This document shows, piece by piece, positions 23,701 through 39,049 of a stretch of DNA of 64,000 bases (within the stretch, counting starts at the first letter, position 1; each line of letters starts with the position of its first letter). This DNA comes from a virus (Duplodnaviria > Heunggongvirae > Uroviricota > Caudoviricetes), in the IMG/VR virus record IMGVR_UViG_3300037455_000543, positions 360,164-424,163 of that record; one strand, given 5' to 3'. The notes under the pieces were generated by a model that searched no databases, had not been told where the DNA came from, and worked only from the letters and a program-made list of their open reading frames with translations. Made by a program: the position numbers and the translations under genes.

Positions 23701-26700
23701 CAACCAATATACTTTTTTCTATTATTATATCTGTATGAAAACTCTTTATTTCAAGAATCCTGAATTTAATCCTGCTACTATTACAGTAGCTGCTGAACTT
23801 CGTAATCTTATTCAGACTTGGAGAAAGGAAAATAAGCTTCCTATTGACTTCAGAGTTCCAACTTTGAATATCTGGTATAAGGATGAGATTATTACTGCTG
23901 CTATTCGTGAAGGACGAACTGAAGCACAGAATATGACTCATCTTTGTGAACTTTGTCAGATTGACAGACTTGTAAGATATGATGATCAGGATATCGTATT
24001 CAAGATGAACAATCTTAAATTTGATTTTGCTAAACTTCAAGATTATGATGTTATTGTCTGGTCTGATTTAGGTGGAACAATGAAATACGGTAATATTCTT
24101 GATGATTCACAAAATCTTGTTAAAACAGCAAGTGAAAAACGATATTATGAGAGGTATTAATAATGGATTTGATTTTCTTATTTGCCGCTATGCTTTTACC
24201 AATTATGATAATTTGTAAAGTATTTGAAGATAGTTATGACGAACGAGTAAATTCGAAAGAATTTTGCAATCGTAAGAAGCATGATTATTATATTAACAAA
24301 TTTTTAAACTATACCCCATTGGATATTAAAAATGACTAAAAGTGTTGAATTTCCTGAAGAACATCTCATTAAGACTTTCGATGAATTTGACCGTATCATC
24401 GAAATTGAATATCTTTTGTCAGGTAAGAAGTGCCAGATTGAATATACTGGCGCTTGTTGGGGCTGTAATGATATTAGACATATTACATGGTCTGATGGCT
24501 ATGAATATATGACTAATGAAGAAATCTCTGTTCTTAATTCAGATGGAACGGGCGTTAAGAAAGGTTGGAAATTAGTTGAAAAGAAAAATCCTAATTCTGA
24601 AGCAATTCTAATAATTGATTTCGATACTAATAACAAGATTGTTCGTATTGAAAAGTCATTACATGGAAAGACAATCTTCAAGCGTGAAATTGGCGATTGG
24701 GGATTTGATGGTAGAATTAGAGCAGACGAAATGTATATCACAATGAGGAAGTAATATGACGCCAGAACTGTTATTTTTTATCTGTTTTATTGGTATATTT
24801 TTAATTTATATCCTGCTTGGTCTTCGAGCACAGAATAAGAAAATCGAACAAATAAACAAGCGTGCTCTTTTACAAGACATTGTTTTTGCATTTAAAACTT
24901 ATAAACCAAAGAAATAATTATGAACAAGAATATAATTCCGATACCTGAAGAATGGAGACGTCATCGTTTACTTAGCTTCGTATATTGGTTTTTCCATTAT
25001 ATTTTTGTAAACTACATTGCAATCAAGCATTATCATCGCATTTTCCCGTTTCATGATATTGAAAAACCCTGGAAGCTGCTTTTCGGAATGAAATATGAAA
25101 AAATGAACGAACAACATCTTAAATGTGCACATCATATAAAGGGAAAGGCTGATAATGAAGTAAACTGGATTGAAGCTATCTGCGACTGGGAAGCAAGTGG
25201 ATATTCGAAACCGAAGTCGTTATTGAATGCATATGAAACTTGCAAGAAGTATCATCCAGATAAGTTGCATATCGTTGAACCATTATTAAAGAAAGGTCAC
25301 TTACTATGACGCCAGAAAAAATCCAAGATGTATTTTATACATTAGAAAAAATCATTACCGATAATTGGCCAGAAAATAAAGGCGATGCACCATATAAGTT
25401 TAATGAATATGGTGAAGAAAAAGATTGGCTGATTCGTTTTGATAATGTAAACTATATTACATATAGCGAAGATGCTGACGTGTTCACGCTTGACCTTAAT
25501 GCAACGTTCGAGGAAAGTGATGATTTCTGGGGTATTACTGATTATGAAGAAAAGGAAATTCCTGAACTTTATAAGAAAGTAGAAGAATTGGTTAAATTCA
25601 TTGCAAAAAGAACAGAAGAGGTCAAATAATGCCAGCTGTATTATATGTTGAAAGAGAAGATGAGTCATTCAGTGTTCCGTTAGATGAAGTAGCTATTCTT
25701 AATGTAGATAATAGTAAGATTTATATTAAGATTAAGAATTGCACTAATAGTGTTTCTTGGAGTGACCATGATAAAATTAAAAAAATTTATCTTATAACAG
25801 AAACAGAAATGAAATCTGTAAAACTTAATCAATTAGTTAAAGAAGCAGCTATGCTACAAGCTCATTATGTTAATACTAAAGTAGATAGCTCATTACCGTT
25901 TTAGGTTATAAAATGAATTATAACGATTTAGAACAAGAAGAAGTTTTATGCTGGTATGACGGTCCCTTGATTGAAACTGTAAGGGATAAGGAAAATAATG
26001 TCTATATCGCATATAACAATATCCCAGACGAGCTTTTATCGTTGGTCAGTGAAGAACTACTCATTAAGATGATTGAACACCAGATAACAGTTTATGATTG
26101 TTTTATGGCAGGTTCAAAAAAGTGGAAATGGGATAGGGATAAACTGGATTATGTTGAAATTTCAGAATTTGACCCGGATGATTTATTAGATCAGGGCGTT
26201 TATTTTAATGAAATTTGCTATTTTGAATATGATAAAAATTATCTTGAAACATTAAAGGAGAAATTAAATGGTAGACAGAAATCTTAAGACTGAATATGAT
26301 AAATATGGTAATCGTATTCATTACGTGACAAAAGACAATATTCATCCAGATAAATATATGGAGGTATGGTGTAAATATATTTATCCGGAAGGTTATCCAG
26401 ACGTTATTGGATATATTGACTGTAAAGTATATAAGATTAAATTTGATGATGACCATGTTCAGGAATGGGAATAATGACAGAAGTACAGAAGGAAATTGAC
26501 CGGTGGCATCATTTTGCTAATGGTGCCATTGGAAACAAGTATGCTTTGATGACTTTATTTGTTGCTACAGTAGCCCCAGAACTTAAAGAAGAAGTTCAGT
26601 GTAATATTGAAGATGAATTGGAAAGAGTAAAGAAAAAATGATAACATTATTTGCAATATGTGATATGATTAAAATGTTAGGTATAGCATTTTTCACTATT

Positions 26701-27896
26701 ATTGCATTAGCCGGTTCACTAGGTCTAGGATATTGGCTAGGTTGTAAAGTGTATGATAAATTTTTTGCTAACAAATAGAAAAAGGAAAATTAAATGCAAT
26801 TATTGACTATTTTATTGATAATCTGGATCTGCCTTTGCGGTCTTAGTTTTGTCGTAACTATCTTTTCAGAGGACGGAAAGATTTCCACGGTTGTTGAGGC
26901 CGTCTTATGGTGTACATTATGTGCATGTGGTATCGCATACGGCGGAACATTTGCTTTTGTAATTGGCATTATTCTTGCTTCGATGCTCGGCATTAACGTC
27001 TTGTATCAGGCTACATGTGATCCAAAACCGGTAATGGTAGTCCATTTGCCATTATGTATTTTGCTTATCATTGCGGTTTGCCAGTATACTTATTAAGGAA
27101 TAAAAATGATTAAGACAGATTTAACCATGCGTTATATGCCTAAAAAACTCCAGGCATTTAAGAAATATATCGAAGAATATATTTGCACTTATTTCGTAAC
27201 ATCTGAAGAGAATCATACAATTATCTTCTATACAGAGCATGAAGACCATTATGTTCCTTATGTCTTGCTCGTTTGCGATATGGACTCAGATTATGTCGAG
27301 ATTTACGTAAATAAGACATATGACGATATTAGCAGTGAAGACGCGCAACCTGTAATAACGAATCTCATTTCTAATGACATGGTTAAATTCCTAGAAGCAA
27401 TCAATAAGTGTATAAAAGAAAAGGCTGTGTAATGAATATCAAAATAATAGATGGTGGTATGATAAGTATCACATTCGAAAACTGTGAATGCATTCGTATT
27501 ATGGATAGGGCTATTGAACGTATGTGTTTTGATACGGATGGAGAACGTTATGAATATGATAATGAAACCGGCAAATTGAGAATTAGAAAGATATTAAAAA
27601 ATTTCTATATTAAGCTTAATTTACGTGAAGAAGATTACTTTTTCCATACCTATAATCGAACTAAGCCAACTTTTAAAGAAGAAGGTAGTTCATGTATAGA
27701 TCGATTACGATATTGTGATGATATTACATGTATAGAAATTAACGGTGAAAGTTTTTACGTTCCATTTGATGCGGAAAAAGTGATTTATGATAAAGAGTTA
27801 CCTATTCCGTGTTATAAGAATAAATTGCAAAAGAACGAAGAAGGCAAGAACAGTTACGGCCACAATACTCTGACAATTTCAATTAACTCAAAGTAA
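20760..27896 (+). CDS. run of ~20 hypothetical genes
   Basis: Tightly coupled + strand ORFs; 24920-25309 is His-rich with DWE motif. Confidence 0.6.
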
Positions 27897-27964
27897 CGAT
27901 TAAAAATAAAAATTTCAGAAAAACACGTTAAATTTTGTTAACGTGTTTTTTATTTTACTATATT

Positions 27965-28300
27965 TTGAACCACATATTAAAGTCTGATTCCTCGGAACGA
28001 AGACCAACTCAATGGAATTGTCGGTAGAGGGTTAGCCATTTTATATCTGGGTTCAAGGTATACTTGAACGGTTTTAGGCCGTTAAATGAATGAACAGTGA
28101 CGTATAGATTAGCAACCTATACATATAGCCGCCATGGCTTGACATGATATAGCCGAAGTACAGGATGACCGCCTCGTAAGCATGTCAGTAAGTCCCAAGA
28201 GATTGACACCATGAAGCTTTATGCCAAAAGTGACCAATCGCCTAGTTCCTGCTAGGCTTAGATCTCTCCCAATCGCATTATCCAAAAGAATGATGTTTAT
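27965..28300 (+). ncRNA. candidate structured non-coding RNA
   Basis: Follows hairpin-promoter; no credible ORF, raised GC, several hairpins. Confidence 0.4.
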
Positions 28301-28507
28301 AAATATCATATGAAATGTCAAATTGCTTATTACGATATGTTCGGAAACATCAGTGTTTCAAAAGAAGTCTATGTCGCTGATGATTGGTCAAAAGAAAAAA
28401 TAAAAAACTGGTATGAGGAACATGTAAGTTATTGTAAAGAAGTAATAAACATAATGTTTGATAAGTAAGGGTTGACATAAGTCAACCTTTTTTCTATACT
28501 TTATAAT

Positions 28508-31500
28508 ATGAAGTTTAGAATAATTAAAAAGACTTATTATTGCTATGATGGTAAAGCAATAGTTGATTATTATCCACAAGAAAAAGGATTATTTTTCTGG
28601 CATGATTTCGAAGAATGGCATGGAACTTGCCCATTATCTGTTCGATTTGATACTTTAGAGCAAGCAGAAGGTTATATTTTAGCTTATATTAAAAATCATA
28701 CTGAAGAAGGAAATTCAGAAGTAGTGGTTAAAGAATTTGAAGTAGATAATAAACTTTGGAATTAAAAGGAAAGATAAATGTTTACTTATATTAAAACTCA
28801 GTTTCAAAAATATTGGAATAATCCGTATCTTTATTATGACGTAGTTGACGCGGATGAAATGTCGTTTTTCGGAGTAGCTACATTGACATCAATGTTCATG
28901 ATGGCAGCATTGATAACAATAGGTATTATTACTCTTACTGGTGGTATACCGATGCCCAACCTTGTTGGAATTTTAATGATTGTTAGCGGAGTAATATCAG
29001 GTACTTTCGGTATAATCTATGGAGTTACATCTTCTAAAGTTCAAGAAGATTGGCCAGATGAATTTGACCAATATAATCCGAATAATATAATGGTCATGGT
29101 TTCTGTAATAAATGAATCATTATTTTCTGGATTTTTATTTGTCATGCTGGTTATTTGTATCGTCAGTTGGTTCTTTACTACGGTTTTTTATTCATTTCCT
29201 ATGTGGATAATTAAAATGATTACTAAACCTAAAAGACCTAAAAATGCAGACAAGAAAAATATTAAAAAGATAGTAGAACTTACAAGCCAGTTTACAAGAT
29301 ATAAAAAGGCTAGAATATAAAATTTAAATTATTTTTACGTGGGTTGACAATTCAACCCATTTTTATTATATTTAATATTATGAATATTCAATTACAAGGA
29401 AAGTTACCTGAAGAACTTCTTCAGAGTAAGGATATTAATTTACTCAGAAGTATACGTGAATGGGCTGATACTCAAGTTCAATCGTTAAAGAAAGAAAAAG
29501 AACAAAAAGAACTTGATAAATATAAGCCTGACATTGAAGGAAAGTTTATAAAGAAAATTCATAGATCTTGGAGAGGGTCAATTACTGTTCCTAATCCTAA
29601 TAATTTTGAAATCGCCTATATCAAGAAAATCGATTTTGTAGGAAATGGATTTGTTCGTTGTAAGGCTATAGTTATCAATATCGAGTATAGCGGTATCGAA
29701 CAGCAGATTGATAAAGGAGGGATATCAGCTAAAATGTTCGATGGTGTCCAGATTTCTTCATGGATTGATAACCAGTATGATATTTCTTTTGAATATATCA
29801 AGAATCCTATGATTCTTGCACAGCAGGAAGCTGAAAAGGAAATTGACGACGCTATTTCATGTGCAAATTTACAAAAGACCGTGTTTTGGTCAAATATAAA
29901 TCAGGAAAATAATAAAGATGAGTGATCAGAAGTGGAATAGTTTGACTGATAACCAGATGCCATTAGGTAAATGGGTTCTAGCTATTGTTAAATATGATAA
30001 TGTAGATGAATTAACGGTTGAATATGTAAGAAGAGTCAGTAATGACGAGTATTCAGTTAAGTTTGATGGTTATCATGTAAGACCTATTTCACAGATTAAA
30101 TTCTGGAAAGACGAAGAATTACCTAAAGCCACCGCGATTGACAATGAACCGATGGCAACAAATAGAGAACTTGCTGAATGGCTTGCTAAAGGTAATGGCC
30201 AACTATTACGTGATAATATGGTATGGATATCATGGGCATACAGTCCGGAAAAAGATAATGTACCAGTATCACAAGACATAAAAATCCGTTGGTTTAATAC
30301 AGATGGATGGATTATAGCGACAAAGAAAAACATTTATACCATTCCAACTGTTCCACCAGTCATGTCTGGTATTATAAAAAAAGATTAATATGATTTTTAC
30401 ATTAAAAAGTTATAACGACCTTGGTAGATGTAGCTATGCTACATTGAAGGATATTTTCGATACTGATAAGGATGAGATTTTTCTTGATTGTAAGAAAATA
30501 GAAATTAAGACAATCGAAGACTTATTCCCGTTTCTTTGGCAAAGTCCTGGAATAGCATTTAATTCTGGAGGTAAGTCCAAATCTTATTTTAATTCTACAG
30601 GAACACATTGGCATCATGATTATGATACATCTATTATAAACTGTAAAAATGAAATAAAGAAATTACAGGAGAAAATAGAAAAGAATCCTGAAAGTAAGTC
30701 AGTTGCGAGATGGACTGAAAATATCAAGTTTGAGAATGACCATATGACAAGTCTTATCAATATTCAAAAAAGACTTGACAAAGAAATGGAAGAACAAAAG
30801 AAAGAACTAATTAAGGAAAACACAAAGGAATAAAAAATGACATTATCAACATTAAGCTGGGTTGTATTAGCTGGAAGTGCTGCACATGGAATTACTTGTG
30901 TATGTGCAACATTTTCTGCACTATTATTAGTTGCATGTATAATCTTATTCATAGGCGGATATGATAGTAGCACATCAGATAGTTCTGCTAAACAGTTAAA
31001 AGCTGGCGGGGTTCTTTCTGTTATTTTCGGTATTATTTTCGGCCTTGTTGCTGCATTTATTCCGTCTGAAAAAGCAATTTATATGGTAGCAGGTATTGAA
31101 CTTGTTAATAAGTTTAGTCAGACAGAAGCAGCTAAGGAACTTGGTGAGAGTGGCATGAGTATTGTTAAAGATATTACTTATATTATTCATGATTATACGC
31201 GTGATTCTGATGATAGGGACCGCAGGAGATAAAATGATACCTAAAGAATGTTCTTTGGAATACCAAGCAAAGGAAGCACACTTCAAGCGAGTTCTAAATG
31301 ACTGCTGTGTTATGAATAACTTGATGGAACGATTGAAATGCGAAAAGGAAATCCACTTGATTGACAGCGAGCTTGAAGTCATAATGAGTTTTAGTCCGCT
31401 TTTCAATGACTTGCATATTGATGTTGAAGACGGCATATTGAGGAGAGCATAATATGAAGCATGAAGAATTATTTGTTCTCTATGATCGATTACCTAACGG

Positions 31501-34500
31501 TATTTGGGAACCTATTGACTGTAAGTATAAGTCTCAATTGTCAGAAAGAATGCAGCAGTATTACAAGGCAACAGAATTAGCATTTGCCAAAGAACATAAC
31601 GAGCGTATTAAACCATTGCTCATTAGTAAAAATAAAGCATAGGATATAATCATGAGTACAAGATGTCAGTTTATTATATGGGAATATAATCCCGAATATG
31701 ATGATTATTCAAGAAAGCTTAATTTTTATCATCATCATGATGGCTATCCATCATATATGGAAGAAGATATAAAGAAAGTTATCGAATCTGTTCCCGACTT
31801 CAAGATTGAAACATTAAAGAAAGCATTTCCTGAATATGATGATGAGTATGAACTTGAACGAATAAATAGTGAACATAGTGATATTGAATATGTTTGGCAT
31901 CTATTTATAAGCGATATAAAAGCTGAACTTAGATATGTAGATTTACGTGGCGCAGATACAGAGCAAGCTTTATATGCACCGCATAAATGCAAGAACAAGT
32001 TTAAAAAGTCATGGATTAAATATCTTACTCCTGGATCAAATATAGAAGTCGAAGTTGATAATGAGACTTATAAGAAAGCAGTAGAAGAAGCACAAAAAGT
32101 AAATATGACAGTAGACGAATATTGCACAAGAATAGTAAATGAAGCATATAAGTCTGGTGAACTGGGAAAGATATTAAATAAGCTTATGGAGAAGAGACAT
32201 GAAAATAATCTTTGAAAACGGCATTGAAGTCGAATGCACAGTAGAAGAGTTCAAGGAACTCTATAATTCTGGTTATTTTAATAATAAACAGGAATCTATT
32301 ACAAATGGCGATGATATCAGTTGGGACAAATTGATAAAGCAAATGCCAAAAATTCAGCCAGGATTAGATCCATATAAACCAGATCCGTTTAGGGATAATG
32401 TAGTTTTAATGTACGGTTGTAACATTCCAAATGATAGTATTAGATATTTAGATAATACGCCTATCGCTGGAACTTCTTCGGATTCTTTATCACCGTCACA
32501 GTTCAAAGCGCTTAATGATATTGTAGGCAATAATACTGATGAGCAATAAAGCTAAATTTCCAATTTCTGATATAGAAATGCAGGTACTTCTTAAGAAGTA
32601 CCCGTTTCTTCGCTATCGTAATGTCTGGTCTGGAAAACAGACATTTCATGGGAAGTCACAAAATTTGGAAACTAACTATTATAAATGTTTAGATGGTTCT
32701 GGATGGGAAGAACTTTGGAAAAAGAAGTATCTTCCTAGGCTTTTTAAAGAATATGATACCTGGTCCAAAACAGAAAAGAAAAATTTTATGTTTTTGGACG
32801 TTAAGGAAAAATTTGGTGAATTAAGGATATATACAACTCATTCTACTAACCTTGAATTCATCGCAGAAACGCTTTCTGGATGGACTTGTGAGTTCTGTGG
32901 TAAAACACCTAGGGAAGACGGAAAACGAGTCATATGGACCACTTCTGGATGGATAACGAACCTCTGTGAAGATTGTGCAAGGAAGCAGATTAAAGCGAAT
33001 TTCGATACTACGAAAATCGACGTAGAAAAGATGCTTGCAGAGATGAAGAATGTTCAAGAAAAGCCATTCGGATATACAAGATACAGTAAAGATACTCAGA
33101 CTACTGTTCTTTATAAGGAAACAGATGACGGCTGGCTTGAAAAGGACCAAGAAATAGAAGAACCAAGGATTAAAAATGAAACTTGAATATAAAGATTGGC
33201 TAAAGATGCAAGAAAAGTATAAAGGCTCTAAATGTTTTGTAGCGGGATGCAATAAAGAGGCACTTTATGAAGGTGGTGATGCAAGATATTGGTGCGGAAT
33301 GTGTGAAGAACATGCTGATATGAAGAAAAAGTACCAATGGTATCTTGAAGACGATAATTCAAAAGAACCTGTTATTGTAGGAACTTGGTAATTTAAAGGG
33401 TTTACAAAAACCCTTTTATTTTTTATATTGTTTAAAAATAACTTAAGGAATTATACAATGAGAAATTTTACAGATGTTCTCCAGAAACTTATTACTCTGT
33501 CCAAGGATAATGAACTTACCGAACAGTTCAATAAAATCTATGAAGATACGACGATGACAGCGCCAGAAGCACGATGGGAAATCAGAGGCCGTCAAGTATC
33601 TGATGCACTTTATAACTATTCCGTGTCTAACAGTAATGCTCTTGAAGACTGGTATGTTTCTCTTGTAGCCGAATTTACACAGAAATCTACTAATGAATGC
33701 AAAAAGTTTATTGAATCTGTAAATAGAAGCAAAAAGTAATATTTATGATGAATATAAAATATTATGTAATTCGTGAAGATAGAGCTACTAACCCATTAGC
33801 TGGTCCGAAATATTATTCATTTAATTGGAATACAGCTACTGGTTGTGATTATACTTTAACGGATTTTACTACAGCATCCAGATTTGATGTAGAAGCAACA
33901 GTAAAGGCGTTTGCAAAATCAAAATTGAATAATTATAAGATTTTTGAAATCCAAGTCAGAGAAGTAGAAAAGGAGCAATAATGTTTCCGTTAACTAAATA
34001 TGAAACATTTTTAAAGTTTTTCAATGAAGATGCAGCATATAAACATGCTGCAACTAGAATATCGAAAGTAGTTTCTTCGATGTCTATTCCTGTCAATATT
34101 AATGTAAAAATAGAACCAGGATTTTTTAAACTGCCTAATTATATTGATTGTTCAAGAACAGGTATAGATATTACATTGAGTTATGATGTAAGAAAATTTG
34201 GTTTATTAGAACAGTTTTATAATGGTAGTGTAAAAGAAGATTATAAATTTGCTGATCCTTATGACATTCTTTTAAATTCGAAAGAAGTATATATAAATGA
34301 ATGTAAAAGCTTATTTGATGTTTGTCAGAAAATCACTGAAACAGCGAATGAAATTAAAAAAGAAGTTGAACTTATTACCGATAATATATATCAGTATCTG
34401 CCATTAATTGATCATGGCTATATATTTAATAATATTATAGATAAATTTTCATCTACTACTGCTGAAGTTTATTTATCAGTTAATACATTGGATGATTTTA

Positions 34501-35068
34501 TTACGAAATGTGTCGAGCAGAATATTAAAGTAGACGCTGATTATCGTAATTATGTTATTGAGGAATTTAAGAAAGCTGCAAAAGGTGAAAAAGTAAATTA
34601 TGATTTCGGTGCATGGGTTTGTACACCGCAAGCATTTGATACTAACAAAAGCGATATAGTTGAAACAAATGATATTATTAATAAAGAAAATGAAAGATTT
34701 TCTGAAATTTTAAATAGAATTAATAATGATATTGTTCCATGTAAGACTTTTGAAGAAGTTATACAAAGAGAAGGATAATTATGACATCAGAAGAGATGCA
34801 TGATTTAATTGATGATAATCTTGCTACGTGGAAGCAATTTATTGGCGCTTGTGTATATCAAAACAAAGCTGATGAAAAAGTAATAATTAAATTACCGTGT
34901 AAGCTTACGTTACAAAGTGGTATGGAAGTTAATGCTATTACTTTTGTGAAAACCGGCGATACAATGCATACCATATTTGCTAATTTTGAAGATGGAAAAG
35001 TTCCATCATTTTGTTGTTCAAAAAATGTAGAAGATTTAGTTATTTCACAATGTTTTAAAAAGGAATAA
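28508..35068 (+). CDS. run of ~17 hypothetical genes
   Basis: Coupled ORFs; promoters at ~28470, ~29344, ~33401. Confidence 0.6.
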
Positions 35069-35069
35069 A

Positions 35070-35603
35070 ATGACTATTACTGAAAAGCATATTTTATTTT
35101 GGGGTGACTGGCCGAGCAATTTTGCATGGGCTCCGATACAAATTAAATGTTCAGACGATATTACACGAAAGTTTTTTGCATCTGAACAATATTACATGTT
35201 TGAAAAGGCATTACATTTTAATGATCTTGCTATTGCTGATGCAATCATTCATTTGCCGTTTGATGATGACAGTTCTTATCAAGCAAAGAAACTTGGTCGT
35301 CATGTAAAAGATTTTGACCAAGAAAAGTGGAATGAAGTTTCTTATGATATTATGCTCCGTGCATGTCTTGCAAAATATGGTCAGAATAAAGTGCTATTTG
35401 ACAAGATTACTGATCCGGCTTTGGAAGGAAAGAAATTTGTTGAAGCTAGTCCTTATGATAAAATCTGGGGAATTGGTTTAGGCGAAGCTGATCCTAAGGC
35501 TGACGATGAAACTCAATGGCTTGGTGAAAATCGTCTCGGTAAAGTTCTCGATGAGGTCAGAGCAAAGCTTCTTGCTGGATATAAAGAGGAAATTCAGTAT
35601 TAA
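35070..35603 (+). CDS. NADAR (YbiA-like) hydrolase
   Basis: SNF, SEQYYM..KA, AKKLGR.V, EASPYDKIWGIG, GENRLG. Confidence 0.9.
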   Translation: MTITEKHILFWGDWPSNFAWAPIQIKCSDDITRKFFASEQYYMFEKALHFNDLAIADAIIHLPFDDDSSYQAKKLGRHVKDFDQEKWNEVSYDIMLRACLAKYGQNKVLFDKITDPALEGKKFVEASPYDKIWGIGLGEADPKADDETQWLGENRLGKVLDEVRAKLLAGYKEEIQY

Positions 35604-37366
35604 TGGGTGAATATATCGGAAATACAATAGAATCGTTAAGAAAAGCCTGTTCAGTCAAGGACTGGGATGGTTATGATGCTGATCCTATTTCTGAGGAAGT
35701 ATTTCAGAAAGCAGAAGCAATCGAGAAATATCTTCCATTAGATGAAACTTGGGATTTGTTTCCAGGTGGTGATGGTTCTTTACAGTATGAAAATCGATAC
35801 GATGACGATATGTTCTATGTAGAGATATATCCAGATGGGTATTATGTTGAAGAACTTGACACTCATGCAGATATATCGTTTAATTATCCAGAAACAGTAA
35901 AAATTCTGTTTGATATGTATAAGAAACGAAAAGCGAAGCGTAAAAATAAGGACCTAATGGATGCATTATCAAATTTTGCAACAAAATTATATGAGTCGCA
36001 AAAACCTTTAGATCCTGATGATGCAGCAATTTTAGAAGAAGCGGTTCAAACAGAATTTGATGCAAATAATAAATAGGTATTGACGAAATACCTATTTTTT
36101 ATTATATTTGATTTTATGAAAAAGTTATTTCTTGACATAGAAAATACGGTTATAGATGACTTGGTAAATTGTAACTTTCTTGAAGATAATTGCAAGAAGA
36201 TTTCAAACATTATTAAAGAAATTGAACCGCGAAGTATAGATTTCTTTACTTGGGGATGGAAAACATGCGACGATATTAATATTAATATCGTAAATTCTAT
36301 TCTTATTAAACTCGGTAAAGATCCATTAAATATAGGTTGTGGTTGTCGTGTTTTTCCAAAAGCTTTTTCTGTCGAGAGTGCGATTGAAACCGGTTGGTTA
36401 GCAAAAGAAGATTTTGACAGGGCAATTGAGCCTGGAATGATGGCAGAATTTGGAATATCAAAAATTAGTTGCTTTATTGATATTGTTTTAAGGTCCACAA
36501 CAGAAACCATGTTACAAAAATGCGATGCAACAATTAAGAATCCGTTAGAATTTTGGCTTATCGATGATTTGGTCGAACAGAAAGAAGAATTAGCATTTCA
36601 TGGTGGAATTTTAAAAATCGTATTGCTTAATCCAAAGGATTTAAAATAATGGAAAATAAAATAGATTCATATAAAATTAAAAACGTGAATTTTTCTCTTA
36701 TTGATGAGGACGATGACCGTTTTGAAGATTTTAAGAAACAGAGACTCGAACGTGGTTTTGACAGTTCCGAGCTTTGGAGCCTTGATTGTACTATTGCTAA
36801 ATTTATTGCTCCTCGACTTAAAGCCTTCCGTGAAAATAGTGGTGATTCGCCAATCGGTAAGTCTAGAACTGAATGGGAAAAGATCCTTGATGAAATGATT
36901 GAAGGATTTGAAATCTATCCAAACCATTTTAATTGGCCATCTGAAGAATCTAACCAGAATTGGTCAAAAGTCTATAAGGCATTGGAACATTTCCGTAAAT
37001 ATTTCTTCCAACTGTGGTATTAATATGAATACAGTAGCAAAATTAGATAAAAATGACATGTCAATTATTCAAAGAGAAGCAAATCTTGAAAAGGTTGCTG
37101 ATTTTTGTAATATTTTTAATATGATAAAAATCTATTACAAGGATATGCTTGACTGGAAAGAAGGTGATGAGATAGATATTGCAGAAGCGGAAGAAATGAA
37201 GCAAATGTGTTATAATCTTTCTTATAAGCTTCGGGATATTCAAGAAGTTCTTGGATTTGCTGTCATTGACCAGAAGTGGACTGTTAAGGATAAACAAGAG
37301 TGGTTTGATAAGTTTATAAAAGCAAGAAATAGTGGTGAACCAGTAATGGTCATGGAAAAGGATTAA
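35603..37366 (+). CDS. four hypothetical genes (36116-36649 HAD-like)
   Basis: Coupled ORFs; LFLDIENT and LIDD in 36116 ORF. Confidence 0.55.
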
Positions 37367-37368
37367 GT

Positions 37369-37923
37369 ATGATTGTTTTTGTTTCGGGTAGTTCTAAAAT
37401 AAAGAAACTTACAGAAGACATGCAAAAATGTCTTGATAAGTATATTGAGCAAAAAGCTTCATTTATTGTCGGTGATTGTTATGGTGCTGATGAACTTGCA
37501 CAAAAATATCTAAAATCTAAGAATTATGAAGATGTAACTGTTTATTGTTCTCAAGAAAAACCGCATCAGAAAAGATGTAAGTATGATAAATATGTTTCTT
37601 TATGGGAACAAGCACAAGGCAAAGAAGGCGAAGAGTTTTATCAAGTAAAAGATAAAGCTATGTGTGAAGCATGTGATGTAGCAGTTGCATTTTGGAATGG
37701 TTCAAGCTACGGTGTAAAGTGTAATATTCTTCGTTGTATCGATGCAGGTAAAGAATGTGAAATCTATATTAGCGATACATTTGACACTTTAGATTTATCA
37801 GAAATTGTAGCGAAAAGTAATGAAAAGGTTCATATTAATTTGTATAAAGTTCCAAATACAGGTCTTCCAATAGATATTATTACTGGAGCACCGCATAAAA
37901 TAGATTGGTTGCAGGAGAAGTAA
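37369..37923 (+). CDS. SLOG/DprA-like Rossmann-fold protein
   Basis: VFVSGS, GDCYGAD, KDKAM...D...AFWNG.S.G. Confidence 0.65.
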   Translation: MIVFVSGSSKIKKLTEDMQKCLDKYIEQKASFIVGDCYGADELAQKYLKSKNYEDVTVYCSQEKPHQKRCKYDKYVSLWEQAQGKEGEEFYQVKDKAMCEACDVAVAFWNGSSYGVKCNILRCIDAGKECEIYISDTFDTLDLSEIVAKSNEKVHINLYKVPNTGLPIDIITGAPHKIDWLQEK

Positions 37924-37926
37924 ATT

Positions 37927-39049
37927 ATGGGTCTTGATGTATGGTGTTATAAAGTAAAAGATAAAGAAGCATGGCGTAAAAGCGTTGCTGCAAAGGAAGT
38001 ATTTGAAAAATATTCTAATGAGCTTTGGGATAGATATTATGAAGAAGCTAGTGCAGCATATAAAAAGTGGAATAGATGGCATAATGACCTAACTGAAAAA
38101 GTTAGTCAAGATATTATTACCGATGAAGAATATAATGCTGAATTAGAAAAGGATCCATATAAGTATACAGTTACTGATTTTGCAACTTCAGATGAAAAAT
38201 TAAAATATCAGCTTCTTAAGAATGACTCAGATATTGCATTATATGAACCTGAAGAAATTGAAGACCTTTATATGAGAAAACAATATTGGTTTATTCAATA
38301 CTGTTATCATAAGTATGACCAATATATGATTAAGGAAGAAAGGTTTAATGGTAGAGTATTAGACAGTGAAAATCATTATTATGATATAGTCTTAAATAAA
38401 GATGACGTAGCTGATATTATTTCCAGATTGACTAAGATTGTAGATAATTGTAATGAGCTAATGAATAATGAAGATGTAAAAAAATTTATTGCATCGTTGA
38501 ATTTAAAACAAATTGACTATGACAATGTTATAGAATCTACAGATCTTAAAATATGTGGTAAATTAGCAGTTAATCTCGAAGGCGAAGACAAACATTTAGC
38601 CGGATTGGTTAATACTGACTATGTTGACAGTATTTTCCCGGTTTATGAAGAATATGTCCATAGTTATCGTCCGCCTTGGAATTATAATTTAGAAAGTTTC
38701 AAACATTATCTTGATAAATGGAAAGATGTTTATAAAGATATGACTGAAGATGAACTTATTTGGGTTCATGAATGGTGGTAATATGTTAAAAAAATTTCTA
38801 TCTTTGTTTACACGTGAAAAGATAATGGCTATCAGTACCGATAGTAGTTGGGGAGGAGTACGAAAATATCCCCAATGGTGGTTTATCTGGTGGCATTTTT
38901 ATTGGCAACAAGATGGATATGAGCATTATTCACCTATTAGTTATTCAATTACCGATGAAGAAAGATTAAGAAGTATAAATAAGACGAAATATATAATAGA
39001 CCAATTTAATAAATTACGGATAGATAATGAAAATATTAAAGCCAATTAA
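37927..39049 (+). CDS. two hypothetical genes
   Basis: MGLD...RK..W phage-type ORF and a Trp-rich ORF. Confidence 0.55.
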
